Source: Candidatus Bilamarchaeaceae archaeon
GTDB taxonomy: Archaea; Micrarchaeota; Micrarchaeia; Anstonellales; Bilamarchaeaceae
Direction: 5' to 3'
Assembly: GCA_038851325.1 (NCBI GenBank)
Contig: JAWCKZ010000002.1
Span: forward strand, 71,888 to 135,887
DNA length: 64,000 bases
Numbering within the stretch: position 1 is the stretch's first letter; each line of letters starts with the position of its first letter. Shown piece after piece: positions 18,882 to 28,584 of the stretch. The notes below the pieces were generated by a model. It saw only the letters and a program-made list of their open reading frames with translations, searched no databases and was not told the origin of the DNA. Made by a program: the position numbers and the translations under genes.

Positions 18882-20471
18882 ATGAATGACCAAAAAAAGA
18901 TTGGAGAGAAATTCGTAGTCTTACAGGGCGGTGGTAAGAACAGGAAAAATTTATTCGATGGAGAGCTACCTGTTGTGGAAACAAGGCCGGATAACGAAGT
19001 CAACAAAATGCTCATAAGTGCTGTGCAGAATTTGGATGCAGATATGGTGGAGAGGGCACTGAAGGCAGGCGCGTATCCAGGGCTTATAGATTCAGATGGA
19101 AATACGTTACTTCATTTTTCTGGATATGAAGGTAATTATAAAATTTCAAAACTGCTTATCGATTACGCTTTGGCTAGAAAGATTGATATCATTAACGTAC
19201 ATAATAAACAGAACAAGACGCCGATGGACATGGTGCTGGATGGTCGAAGACCTGATTCCGAAGGACATGCTAAGGTCTTCGCACTTCTGAGAATAAATAA
19301 AGGAAAGTGGTTTAACCCTGAAATTCTTTCTCACATAGGAAATTTTGAAGAGACTAAACGAGTAATCGAGCGTATAGGAAGAGCTGCCATGTCGAGCGAA
19401 TTGATAATGGCTGCTGCAGCGCTTGATATTGATTACGCAAAAAAACTCCTCAGATGTGGTGCTAGTATTTTTTTTAATGATACGGCGACCACCGAGATCT
19501 ACACTTCTCCGCTTGCTGTTATCATAGGCAAAGCGCTTGAGAGCGGTCTTACCGATGAGATAGTAAATGCTGCCAAACTTTTTGTTGACTGGAACGCCAA
19601 GCTTAACGCCCCATTTATACCAGATTTAAACAACCCATATTTTAAGGTTACATTGATTGAGATGCAAGCAGCAGATGGCATTCCGCATGACATACGGGGT
19701 CTCCTGAAGGATCTTTATGATAAGCAGCTTGCGAACGAACAGCTTTTTGTTGCTGCGGATGAGAATGATAGGTATCGGGGCGAAAGTGCGATAAGAAAAG
19801 GCGCAAGCGTGGACGCGCGGGACGAATTTTTCGGTACTTCACTTCACACTGCTCTGGCCAAGGCGCATCTTGATTTTGCAGAGTTTATTGTCGAGCTCAA
19901 TACCGATTTAACAGCTGTAGATAGCATTGGCTCTACCCTAATTCATGCTGCTGCTTATTCGAAAGATCCTAGTGCGCTCACGCTTATAATAAGCGCTATG
20001 AGAAATGCAGGTATCGAGCCTGACCTTGATGCCAAGGACGATTTGGGGAATGCGCCAATACATGTCGCGGTTTTTAGAAGAGGGTATGAAATGGTAGAGG
20101 CGCTGGGAAAGGCAGGTGCTGACTTAAACGTGCGAAGCGATTCTGGTGAAACACCCCTTCACACTGCAGTCATGATGGATGATCCAGATATGGGCGGTTT
20201 GCTTTTGAATCTCGGAGCAGAGATTACAGAGGATGTTATTAAATTTGCAGAGGAGAGAGGCAGGGATGACATAGCAGATGCGCTAATGAAAATAAGAGAA
20301 AAACAGAAAGCAGCAGAGTCTCTTCATACTGCAATTAAAAATGAAGAGCATGGCGCAACGCTACCTGCAAAGAACGAAGAAAAAACTAAAGATGGGCCAG
20401 AGGAGGCAGGTAGAAAACTGCCCAACAACGTTGTGCCATTTCCTAACCTCGAGCGCAAAGGCAAATCCTGA
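18882..20471 (+). CDS. Ankyrin-repeat protein
   Basis: DSDGNTLLH, FGTSLHTA, GSTLIHAAA, GNAPIHVAV, GADLNVRSDSGETPLHTAV. Confidence 0.92.
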   Translation: MNDQKKIGEKFVVLQGGGKNRKNLFDGELPVVETRPDNEVNKMLISAVQNLDADMVERALKAGAYPGLIDSDGNTLLHFSGYEGNYKISKLLIDYALARKIDIINVHNKQNKTPMDMVLDGRRPDSEGHAKVFALLRINKGKWFNPEILSHIGNFEETKRVIERIGRAAMSSELIMAAAALDIDYAKKLLRCGASIFFNDTATTEIYTSPLAVIIGKALESGLTDEIVNAAKLFVDWNAKLNAPFIPDLNNPYFKVTLIEMQAADGIPHDIRGLLKDLYDKQLANEQLFVAADENDRYRGESAIRKGASVDARDEFFGTSLHTALAKAHLDFAEFIVELNTDLTAVDSIGSTLIHAAAYSKDPSALTLIISAMRNAGIEPDLDAKDDLGNAPIHVAVFRRGYEMVEALGKAGADLNVRSDSGETPLHTAVMMDDPDMGGLLLNLGAEITEDVIKFAEERGRDDIADALMKIREKQKAAESLHTAIKNEEHGATLPAKNEEKTKDGPEEAGRKLPNNVVPFPNLERKGKS

Positions 20472-22661
20472 CTAGTCCATGAAAAACTCTGCAGTCGGTG
20501 GCTCTGGAGGCTCCCCTTTTCTTTCTCTTATTTGCTTTACTATCTTGCCAACGAGATCTCTTGGCATTGGAAAGTATCCAGCGTACTCCTGATACCAGAT
20601 TGCACGTCCTTGCGTCACTCCTCTAAGGGAATTTGAGAAGCCAAACATTTCTGCAACTGGCATAAGATCGTTTATTGTTGTTGTCTCTCCTTCCTGCTCC
20701 ATACTAAGCAACTGACCGCGCTTTCCATTTAGGAGATTTATTACATCTCCGGCATACTCCTGCGGCGTCTGAATAAGAACCTTCTGCTTTGGTTCAAGAA
20801 GTGTTATTCCTGCCTTTATTAAGGCAGCGTATATGGGTCGTTTCGTAGCTGGAAGCATCTGTGCAGGACCACGATGAACGTTGTCCTCGTGCAACGTTGC
20901 ATCCACTAGAGTTACCTTAACACCGACTACTTTTTCCTTTGCAAGCGGTCCTTGGTCCATTGCTTCTTCGAATCCCTGAATGAGAAGCTCTTCCACTTCA
21001 TTAAGGTACTGAATACCTTTTGTACCATTTATGAATATGTTTTTATTGTGAACATCGTATACGTTTCGTGCTTCATCGCGTGTGAGCCCGTGCTCAACAA
21101 AAACCTCAACGAGCTCTTTTCCCTTTGGTCTTCCGTTTGGTATCAATCCTTCGTCCAGCGCCTTCATCATCTTTTCTGGGAGTGGTTCTACAACAAACTT
21201 CAACCGATTATGCTTATTGGGCGATTTTCCTTCTATCGGTCCTCCGCTTCCTGTTATCGTTTCCTGGTAGACCACAATTGGCGGAGAGGTTTCAATTGGT
21301 ATTTTCTTTTCGTTTCTTATCTTGTACTCTATAATCTCAAGATGGAGTTCTCCCATACCGGAGATTAAATGCTCTCCAGTCTCCTGATTAAGAGTAACAC
21401 GAAGGGTCGGATCCTCCTTTGAAAGTCCTCTGAGCACTTCTATAAGTTTTGCAAGGTCCTTGCTCTCTTTGGCTTCTATGGATTTTGTCATCACAGGTTC
21501 TGAATAATGCTTTATCTGCTCGAATGGCTCGACCGGTTCTGTACTTACTGTCTCGCCCACATACACATCTTTAAGGCCGATAAAGGCGCCTATATTTCCA
21601 GCCAGTACTCTATCTGTCGGAACCCGGTCTGGACCCATGTAGATAGCGACCTGCTGGACCTTTGAATACGCCTTCTTCGAGGCTACATAAAGTTGGTCTC
21701 CTTTAGTAACCTTTCCTGAAAAAAGACGCACAACCCCAACTTCTCCAGCGTGCTCGTCATACACAACACCAAAGCAGACACCGATTGTCTTTGCATTTGG
21801 ATCGCAGGCAAGCATTCCTTTTCCGGCATCGCTGTTTAGATCTCCCTTCCACAAAACAGGAATTCTGTATGCCTGAGCTGTTTTCGGATCAGGAAGATGT
21901 CTTACAACCATCTCAAGAAGAACATCATCCACTGGGGATCTTTCAACCAGATAAGCGTGGTCTCCAGTTGTGCATTTCTCGTAGATGTCCTTAAAACCAA
22001 TGTTGTATTTTTTCATGGAGCTGATGCTCACAGCCCATTTGTTGAACGCTGAGCCAAATGCTATGTTTCCTTTTTCGACAGATATCAGCCAATCAGATTT
22101 CCTTTCAGGTGGCGCATTTCCCTCGATTATCCTATTTATGCCGATTATTATCTTTATCAGTTTCTCCTGCATAGACTTTTGGTCCAGTTTCAACTCATTA
22201 ATAAGTCTATCTATCTTATTTATGAAGACAACAGGTTTTGCCCTTTCTTTAAGCGCTTGCCTTAGAACAGTTTCTGTCTGCGGCATTATTCCTTCTACAG
22301 AATCCACGACAAGGACAACGCCATCGACTGCTCTCATCGCTCGCGTTACATGCCCTCCAAAGTCAACATGACCTGGAGTGTCTATGAGATTGATGAGATA
22401 ATCCTTTCCTTCGTAGTTAAACCCAAGCGAGATGTTCGCTGCCTTTATCGTAATTCCTCTTGCCTGCTCCTGTTCGTCAAAATCCATAACGCGTTGGGTG
22501 CCGGCGAGTTCTTTTGAGATAAGACCAGCGCGCGCTACCAGACTATCAGTAAGCGTTGTCTTTCCGTGGTCAACATGCGCAACGATGGCAACATTTCTAA
22601 CCTGCTCTATCTTATCCATTATCTTTTGTACTTCTTCAACTACAAATTCCTTTCGTGCCAT
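20472..22661 (-). CDS. fusA: Translation elongation factor EF-2
   Basis: AHVDHGKTT, RGITIK, DTPGHVDF, NKID, HEDNVHRGPAQ with diphthamide His. Confidence 0.98.
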   Translation of the reverse strand: MARKEFVVEEVQKIMDKIEQVRNVAIVAHVDHGKTTLTDSLVARAGLISKELAGTQRVMDFDEQEQARGITIKAANISLGFNYEGKDYLINLIDTPGHVDFGGHVTRAMRAVDGVVLVVDSVEGIMPQTETVLRQALKERAKPVVFINKIDRLINELKLDQKSMQEKLIKIIIGINRIIEGNAPPERKSDWLISVEKGNIAFGSAFNKWAVSISSMKKYNIGFKDIYEKCTTGDHAYLVERSPVDDVLLEMVVRHLPDPKTAQAYRIPVLWKGDLNSDAGKGMLACDPNAKTIGVCFGVVYDEHAGEVGVVRLFSGKVTKGDQLYVASKKAYSKVQQVAIYMGPDRVPTDRVLAGNIGAFIGLKDVYVGETVSTEPVEPFEQIKHYSEPVMTKSIEAKESKDLAKLIEVLRGLSKEDPTLRVTLNQETGEHLISGMGELHLEIIEYKIRNEKKIPIETSPPIVVYQETITGSGGPIEGKSPNKHNRLKFVVEPLPEKMMKALDEGLIPNGRPKGKELVEVFVEHGLTRDEARNVYDVHNKNIFINGTKGIQYLNEVEELLIQGFEEAMDQGPLAKEKVVGVKVTLVDATLHEDNVHRGPAQMLPATKRPIYAALIKAGITLLEPKQKVLIQTPQEYAGDVINLLNGKRGQLLSMEQEGETTTINDLMPVAEMFGFSNSLRGVTQGRAIWYQEYAGYFPMPRDLVGKIVKQIRERKGEPPEPPTAEFFMD

Positions 22662-22691
22662 ATCCCACACCAAATGAGAAAAAATATGAGA

Positions 22692-23300
22692 CTATCTCGC
22701 GCTTCTTGCGATGCGCTCTATCTCGTCTTTCTTTTTCATTGCGTAACTGTTCTGTATATCCCCTTTTGCCGTGTAGATTATTTCATCTGCAAGCGCAGAA
22801 GCGAGAGACTTGTTCTTTCTGAATGTGCCCATGAGTGCTGCCAGTGCGATGTTTCTGAGCGCAAGATCAAGTCGTCTTGTCGCTGAGATGTCTACTGCGA
22901 TTTGGTAGCTTACTCCGCCGTATGAAACACGCGTTACGTCTTCATTGGGTGCAGAATTCTCAAGCGCTCTTATGAGCACCTGTACAGGATTTTCTTTTGT
23001 TTTTTCCTCCACCATCGCAAAGGCTTTTTCCACTGTTTTTATCATCTTTAGTTTTTTACCCTGAAGCCTTCCATGAGTTCGTATAACCTTTCCAGATGTC
23101 TTCTCACCGGTTCCGCCACGCATGAGCTTGTTTATAAGCCTTTCAACTACATTAACATCCATTTTACCCAAGTCTTTTTTCTTGTGTCTACCGAATGAGT
23201 GCGGAACAAGTATCGGTTTTAGTGTTATCACTTGCGCAAGACTTCTGTCAGTTATTTGGATTCCCTCAAGTGAGTATTTTCCAAAAAGTTTGTCGCTCAT
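22692..23300 (-). CDS. rps7: 30S ribosomal protein S7 (uS7)
   Basis: VERLINKLM, NPVQVLIRALENSAP, AVDIS, ERIARSAR. Confidence 0.97.
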   Translation of the reverse strand: MSDKLFGKYSLEGIQITDRSLAQVITLKPILVPHSFGRHKKKDLGKMDVNVVERLINKLMRGGTGEKTSGKVIRTHGRLQGKKLKMIKTVEKAFAMVEEKTKENPVQVLIRALENSAPNEDVTRVSYGGVSYQIAVDISATRRLDLALRNIALAALMGTFRKNKSLASALADEIIYTAKGDIQNSYAMKKKDEIERIARSAR

Positions 23301-23304
23301 AGTA

Positions 23305-23745
23305 TCATCTCTTTGGTTTCTCCTTTCTTCCCTTTCTTAACATCTGAATGTCAGCGCCGTTTACTGAAACAACCTTGTATCTAACACCGGGTATGGAACC
23401 CATCTGTCCGCGCTGAGAGCCGCCAAGCCCTGCTATTATAACCTCATCGTGTTCATCTATAAAAGTGATTGCCTTATCTCTCGGCGCGAATGCAGAGACA
23501 ATCTTACCATTCTTTACGAGTTGACATTTTATACATTTTATAAGTCCAGAATGAGGCTGCTTCTGCTCCAAAACTATCTTCTCAAGCACGATAGCCTTTG
23601 CCTGCGGCGCGCCTTCGAGAGGGTCGAATTTTTGCTTTAGTTTAAGCGCCTTTCTTTTCCATCTTTTTGATAACCACCTTCGTCTCTTTCTGTTTCTAAC
23701 TAGGTTGCGTCCAGCAAATTCTCCATTTTTGCCCTTCTTACTCAT
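23305..23745 (-). CDS. rps12: 30S ribosomal protein S12 (uS12)
   Basis: [38 protein letters not shown]; start ATG 23745 after AAGGTGG SD. Confidence 0.96.
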   Translation of the reverse strand: MSKKGKNGEFAGRNLVRNRKRRRWLSKRWKRKALKLKQKFDPLEGAPQAKAIVLEKIVLEQKQPHSGLIKCIKCQLVKNGKIVSAFAPRDKAITFIDEHDEVIIAGLGGSQRGQMGSIPGVRYKVVSVNGADIQMLRKGRKEKPKR

Positions 23746-23940
23746 CCATCCACCTTGTTTCCATTTTTTATATCGTCCGCTCGGTTGAACCTGACTTCGC
23801 CGCTTGCATCTTGATGGGGCACCAGCCATGCTGATGTTCCCACCGACGCGGCTCATGCAAGCGTCTGTCTAAGGTAAGCGGCGAGATCAAGTTAGAACAT
23901 TAAAACTGGACAATTAGCCGTCCAAACTTTTAATCTTCTT
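23746..23940 (-). promoter_or_regulatory. Long structured 5' leader of rps12-rps7-fusA operon (candidate cis-regulatory RNA)
   Basis: TTTATAAA at 23954-23961; hairpin 23894-23939; 18-position helix 23876-23893/23788-23805 with 17 pairs; competing helix 23855-23863/23801-23809. Confidence 0.6.
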
Positions 23941-24130
23941 TTACTAAAATGGGTTTATAAATGTTATAGATCCCTTGGAACAATCTGTCCTCAGCCAACA
24001 ATTCCCCATATGTAAGGCGCATATTCTGGTCTAATGTGATAAGAAGGAAAAAAATTATCGATTTTTCGCTGAGGTTGGCAGTGGTATTTTTAAACTCTTA
24101 CGATGTGTTTAAAGGGTTAGTGGTGAGTCT

Positions 24131-24760
24131 ATGAAGGATAAATTTAGTATACCTGTCATTATGCTGTCGCTGTGTTTACTTTTGCTAGGTTGCATTACTC
24201 TTGGTGGAGTGGAAAAGCCAATAGAAACTCAACCTGAAACCATCCCGCAGCAGTGCAGGGTAGTGACGGAGCAAATACCATATCTTGAAGAGGTTTGCAG
24301 AGAGGAGATGCACGGAAGGGAGGAATGCGAATATAAAGAGCTTCCCTTTGTGGTAAGCCAAGTTGAGGAAATCGATTTGTGTATGGAAGGGGATTCCTGT
24401 TCCGGAAAGCCTCTTGGCGAATGCATCTCAAGATGCACCAAGGCAATGAAGAGATGCAAAATGAACATAACAAACTTGGATACCAGACATAGTGGGGTAT
24501 GGAGTGTTGGTGCTACATTTACGCAGGGAAAAAATTCTTTCATTAAAAATCCAGAGAGTGCAGAGATACTGCCGGGTAGAACGCATACATTTGATTTCAC
24601 ACAGATTTACTCTCTTGGAATTCCATCGACAAGCGCCACATGCTCGCTCTACGTCCTTACAAACGCATCTGTAAGAGACTGCAAGACTGTTAGTAGACCA
24701 GTGACCGTATGCGAAAATGTAACCAAAGTTAGAGAAGAGCAAAGAGTTGTTTGCGGATAG
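24131..24760 (+). CDS. Cys-rich lipoprotein-like secreted protein
   Basis: LLLLGC lipobox-like signal; many Cys in the mature part. Confidence 0.75.
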   Translation: MKDKFSIPVIMLSLCLLLLGCITLGGVEKPIETQPETIPQQCRVVTEQIPYLEEVCREEMHGREECEYKELPFVVSQVEEIDLCMEGDSCSGKPLGECISRCTKAMKRCKMNITNLDTRHSGVWSVGATFTQGKNSFIKNPESAEILPGRTHTFDFTQIYSLGIPSTSATCSLYVLTNASVRDCKTVSRPVTVCENVTKVREEQRVVCG

Positions 24761-24780
24761 GAAGCATGCAGGAGGAGCTG

Positions 24781-25926
24781 ATGGGGACTGGCACGATTGG
24801 ACAGGATGTGCTAACTATCCACATCGGTGAGGTTGCGCTCAAAGGAAAAAATAGAAGAGATTTTGAAAGGCAACTCTTCGCAAACATAAAAGCAAAAATA
24901 CCAGATGCGCATATGATACGAGCGGACGGGAGATTCATTCTTGAAACAAAGAACTTAGACGCTGCGCTTGGTAAATTGGGGAAGATATTTGGGATATCCT
25001 GGTTCTCTAAGTCAGTGGTGCTCCCACCTGATGTGGACGGTATTGCAAAAGAGATCGCAGAAAGAATCGGGAATGAGCGGGTAAAAATCGAAACAAGACG
25101 CGTGGATAAGAGATTTCCAAAAACGTCCGTGGAGATAAGTAAAGAGATTGCAGGTCGGATTGCCGCACTTGGAAAAAATCCGGTTGTGCGGGACTATGAG
25201 CGTATCGTTCTTATCGAGATTCTGCGCGATATGGCTATTATTACATTTGAGAGAAATGAAGGTGCAGGTGGGCTACCGTATGGCTCGAGCGGAAGACTTC
25301 TGTCGCTTCTCTCAGGTGGGATAGACTCGCCGGTTGCGGCATGGCTTATGATGAGTAGAGGTTGTGAGCTTGAATTTTTGCACGTTCACGCGCAGCCGTC
25401 CAGTGAGGCTGTGAAGAAATCTAAAATAACCGCGCTTGTCAGCCGCCTTGCGGAATATGCACCAAACGCTCTTACTCTACATCTTGCGCCATATGAGGAG
25501 TTTTACAACGCATCCTCCAAAGTGCCCTCCCGCGAGGAGCTTATAGTCTTCAGAAAATTTCTCTTCCGTTTAGCAGATAGGATTGCACAAAAATCAAACG
25601 CTCTCGGAATAGTTTCCGGAGACAGCGTTGGGCAGGTAGCTTCCCAAACACTTCACAATCTTGCTGCGGTCAATAGCGCCGCCCACCTGCCGATATACCG
25701 GCCGCTTGTTGGTATGGATAAGGAGCGGATAATCGAGATTGCAAAGAAAATAGGGACCTATGAAATCTCTGTTCAGCCATACAAGGATTGTTGTTCATTG
25801 GTCGCAGAGCGTCATCCAACAACGCGTGCAAGATCGGAGAGAATAGAGGTTATAGAAAAAAAGATAGATATTGAGAACATAATAGAGAAAACAGTAAAAA
25901 AGATTGAGACCATTCATATTGGTTAA
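24781..25926 (+). CDS. thiI: tRNA 4-thiouridine(8) synthase
   Basis: GEVALKGKNR, THUMP, GGLPYG, LLSGGIDSPVA, GDSVGQVASQT, DCC; start 24766 or 24781. Confidence 0.95.
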   Translation: MGTGTIGQDVLTIHIGEVALKGKNRRDFERQLFANIKAKIPDAHMIRADGRFILETKNLDAALGKLGKIFGISWFSKSVVLPPDVDGIAKEIAERIGNERVKIETRRVDKRFPKTSVEISKEIAGRIAALGKNPVVRDYERIVLIEILRDMAIITFERNEGAGGLPYGSSGRLLSLLSGGIDSPVAAWLMMSRGCELEFLHVHAQPSSEAVKKSKITALVSRLAEYAPNALTLHLAPYEEFYNASSKVPSREELIVFRKFLFRLADRIAQKSNALGIVSGDSVGQVASQTLHNLAAVNSAAHLPIYRPLVGMDKERIIEIAKKIGTYEISVQPYKDCCSLVAERHPTTRARSERIEVIEKKIDIENIIEKTVKKIETIHIG

Positions 25927-25947
25927 TAAAAAGTGGTTAATAAAAAG
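25920..25947. repeat. 14-bp tandem duplication spanning the thiI stop
   Basis: tggttaataaaaag x2. Confidence 0.85.
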
Positions 25948-25950
25948 TAG

Positions 25951-25984
25951 CAGAAAATCCCCGTGAGGGGATTTCTGGCTTTTT
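25951..25984. terminator. Stem-loop with T-tracts on both sides between convergent genes
   Basis: cagaaaatcccc-gtga-ggggatttctg followed by ttttt; aaaaa on the other side. Confidence 0.55.
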
Positions 25985-26099
25985 GGTGGGAGGATAGTGG
26001 AGAGAACGGGCGCTATACAATAAAAATGAGAGGGGGTTGAGAGGCGGGAGGTATAGCGAACCGTTCTCTACCTTGCCTTTTAAGCATAATTCCCTTTTG

Positions 26100-26546
26100 T
26101 CACAGAAAGAAGAAAACCTTCTTTCCGACCTGTTTTTTCCTGAGCAGGTTCATATCGCATAGGCGGTTGAGCCTCGCAGATGCCGCATTTTTTCCTTTAT
26201 AGTTGAACTTCGCGCGGACGTCGTCTGCTGTTACTTTTCCGCGTTCCCTGACAAACTCAAGTATGTTTTCGTCTATCTCAGGTATCAAAGGCTCTTCGAA
26301 TTGTTCCTTTTCAGTACTGCTGTTCAGTGCGCGCTCTATTTGTTCAATCCTCGCGAGTATGTTTTTCAGTATTCTGTTGGTATTCTCTCTTTCTTCGAGG
26401 AGCTTGTACATAAGTTCGCCGAGGATGACCGGGTCGCGAAATTTTTCTATGTTTGTCTGGATATCTCGTTCGATCTCGTATGAAAGTCCGCCCTGTGAGC
26501 CCTGCGTAGCGTTAGATTTATATATCTTATCCTTACTATCTTCCAC
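26100..26546 (-). CDS. Coiled-coil plus C-terminal winged-helix DNA-binding protein
   Basis: ILEFVRERGKVTADDV...AASARLNRL...LLRKKQVGKKVFF; probable GTG start 26546 after AGGTGA. Confidence 0.75.
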   Translation of the reverse strand: MEDSKDKIYKSNATQGSQGGLSYEIERDIQTNIEKFRDPVILGELMYKLLEERENTNRILKNILARIEQIERALNSSTEKEQFEEPLIPEIDENILEFVRERGKVTADDVRAKFNYKGKNAASARLNRLCDMNLLRKKQVGKKVFFFL

Positions 26547-26636
26547 AGCAATCACCTGCGATTGTAATGTCGCGCAAATATCGCGCAACTGTCATGATAT
26601 AATCATGATAATATTTATAAATCTTTCGGTGTTAAC

Positions 26637-27179
26637 TTGCAATTTACAGCTCTTATTTCCTCTTTATATAACTATTTCAGGCAAAAAAGGGAGAAGAAGC
26701 TTAGAAGACTCAAGGATGACCTGCTTGACGAAGCGATAATGAGAAACAGTAAACTTCTCTTTGAGCTTGCTGTTCTCTCTTATGTTTTCTCAAAAATACT
26801 TTCTAGACCAAGATTTCTTACTGAGCAATACGTGAAAGAACTAAACGAGATAGAACGGCTTCTTGGCCGTATCCTGGCAGGGATTGGTAAGAAGACAGAT
26901 GCAGAACTACTATCGATAATACATGAGATAGAGAATGTTATAAAGCACCTGGAGAGAGAGGATCAGAGGTATTTTCGCGACTTGATAACAAAAGGACGGC
27001 TTAAGATGGCTTCAACGATGTATGCAAAGGGCATTTCGCTGGGCACAGCGGCAAGCATGAGCGGTTTGGATAAGCAGGAAATACAAGAGTATGCAGGTAG
27101 CACACTGATGTTTGATAGGGTTAAGGAAGAGATAGATATAAAAGAAAGAATAAAAAGAGCCAGAAGGCTTCTGGAGTGA
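26637..27179 (+). CDS. Hypothetical protein with C-terminal HTH (antitoxin-like)
   Basis: GISLGTAASMSGLDKQEI resembles a UPF0175-type HTH; precedes PIN gene; start uncertain. Confidence 0.6.
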   Translation: MQFTALISSLYNYFRQKREKKLRRLKDDLLDEAIMRNSKLLFELAVLSYVFSKILSRPRFLTEQYVKELNEIERLLGRILAGIGKKTDAELLSIIHEIENVIKHLEREDQRYFRDLITKGRLKMASTMYAKGISLGTAASMSGLDKQEIQEYAGSTLMFDRVKEEIDIKERIKRARRLLE

Positions 27180-27183
27180 TTAG

Positions 27184-27867
27184 ATGCAAAAAACAATTGT
27201 TTGTGATTCCGGAGCCCTTATATCTCTCACAACCTCTTGTCTTACTGAAATTCTCTATATCTTTAAGAAAAAATATAATGTTTCGTTTATTATTCCGCCT
27301 GCGGTTGAAGAGGAAACCGTTCTCTACCCAATGCGAAGGCGCATAAAGGAGTTTTTGTTCTCCGCAGTGAAGATAAAGGATGCGATAAATGATGGTGTTA
27401 TAACCGTTATGACGACAGAGCGTCTTAAGCAAAACACCGAGAGACTGATAAAGCTTGCCAATAATATGTTTTATGCGCAGGGAAAATCGATAAATCTTCT
27501 TCATACGGGAGAGACGGAAGTGCTTGCGCTCGCGGGAGAGATCGGCACAGAAACTATTCTGGTCGATGAACGAACAACGAGATTACTCCTGGAAACGCCG
27601 TTTAGGTTAAAGGAGCATATGGAAGAAGAGTTTGGAGTAAATATTATGATTAACAGAAATAGTTTCGAGGAGTTCTCAAAATATGTTGCGGGCTTGGACG
27701 CCATACGAAGCAGCGAACTTGCGATGCTTGCATACGAAATAGGCTACTTCAATAAATATCAGGGAATGGAAAAGGAAGCAGCGGAAGCCGCGCTTTATAA
27801 AATAAGATTCGCCGGGTGCAGTATAAGGTTTGATGAGATAGCAACATATCTGAAGCTGGTAGAATGA
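27184..27867 (+). CDS. PIN-domain protein
   Basis: IVCDSGALISL, PPAVEEE, LHTGETEVLAL, ILVDERTTR. Confidence 0.8.
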   Translation: MQKTIVCDSGALISLTTSCLTEILYIFKKKYNVSFIIPPAVEEETVLYPMRRRIKEFLFSAVKIKDAINDGVITVMTTERLKQNTERLIKLANNMFYAQGKSINLLHTGETEVLALAGEIGTETILVDERTTRLLLETPFRLKEHMEEEFGVNIMINRNSFEEFSKYVAGLDAIRSSELAMLAYEIGYFNKYQGMEKEAAEAALYKIRFAGCSIRFDEIATYLKLVE

Positions 27868-28556
27868 CCCTGCCATCGGTGTTTTCAAATTATGATAGCG
27901 TAAGGATAGTGCTTGACCATCGTGAGTCTGAGGAGTTTGTGGATTTGCTCACAGAGTTTGGTGCGCACGTAGAGAAGGCGCAGCTTGATGTTGGAGACTT
28001 TGTCTGTTCTGAGCGCGTTGTAGTAGAAAGAAAGACGCGCGAGGATTTTGAGACATCTGTAATAGATGGCAGACTTTTTAGACAGTTGGAAAATCTTGTT
28101 CATAATTTTCCGCGGCCCGTTGTAATCGTGGAAGGCCAGGAAGAGCGCTCTAATAGAATAACTCGAGAAGCGCTCATGGGCGCCTACTCCGCGATAGTGT
28201 CGGATTACGGACTTCCACTTATCTTCACGAGAGATACAAGTGAAACAGCAGAGTTTATTTTCTTTTTGGCAAAGCACGAGCAACGCTCAAAGAAACATCC
28301 GTTAAGGATATTTGCAAAACGAAAGTCTCTAACACCATCGCAAAGCGCACGCGCAATTGTTGAAATGCTTCCAAGCGTTGGACCAAAACTCGCAAAAGCT
28401 ATCCTTCTTCACTTTGGTAATATAGAATCGTTCGTAAAAGCATCAGAGAATGAATTGGCTGAAGTTCCAGGACTTGGCGAGAAGCGTGCGCGCATTATAT
28501 TCTCTCTTATTCGATATCAGTACAAAGATGACGAGGATGAATTAACAGAGATTTGA
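27864..28556 (+). CDS. xpf: ERCC4/XPF structure-specific endonuclease with HhH motifs (short form)
   Basis: VLDHRE, VGDF, VERKTREDF..S..DGRL, LPSVGPKLA, VPGLGEKRA. Confidence 0.92.
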   Translation: MTLPSVFSNYDSVRIVLDHRESEEFVDLLTEFGAHVEKAQLDVGDFVCSERVVVERKTREDFETSVIDGRLFRQLENLVHNFPRPVVIVEGQEERSNRITREALMGAYSAIVSDYGLPLIFTRDTSETAEFIFFLAKHEQRSKKHPLRIFAKRKSLTPSQSARAIVEMLPSVGPKLAKAILLHFGNIESFVKASENELAEVPGLGEKRARIIFSLIRYQYKDDEDELTEI

Positions 28557-28584
28557 ATCTTAAGTTTGGCTGATTTTAAGAATT

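Noticed and set aside
23822..23853. GGAA tetraloop followed by AGCA, resembling SRP RNA helix 8
   Set aside because: Lacks the CAGG strand of the symmetric loop, and the region is too short for archaeal 7S RNA.
23746..23856. 37-aa N-terminal extension of uS12 in the ORF track
   Set aside because: Homology starts at MSKKGK, which has its own SD; the upstream part is better explained as structured RNA.
23990..24080. Partial inverted repeats (ctcagc/gctgag, gccaac/gttggc)
   Set aside because: Only 6-bp matches in an order that cannot nest; no convincing fold.
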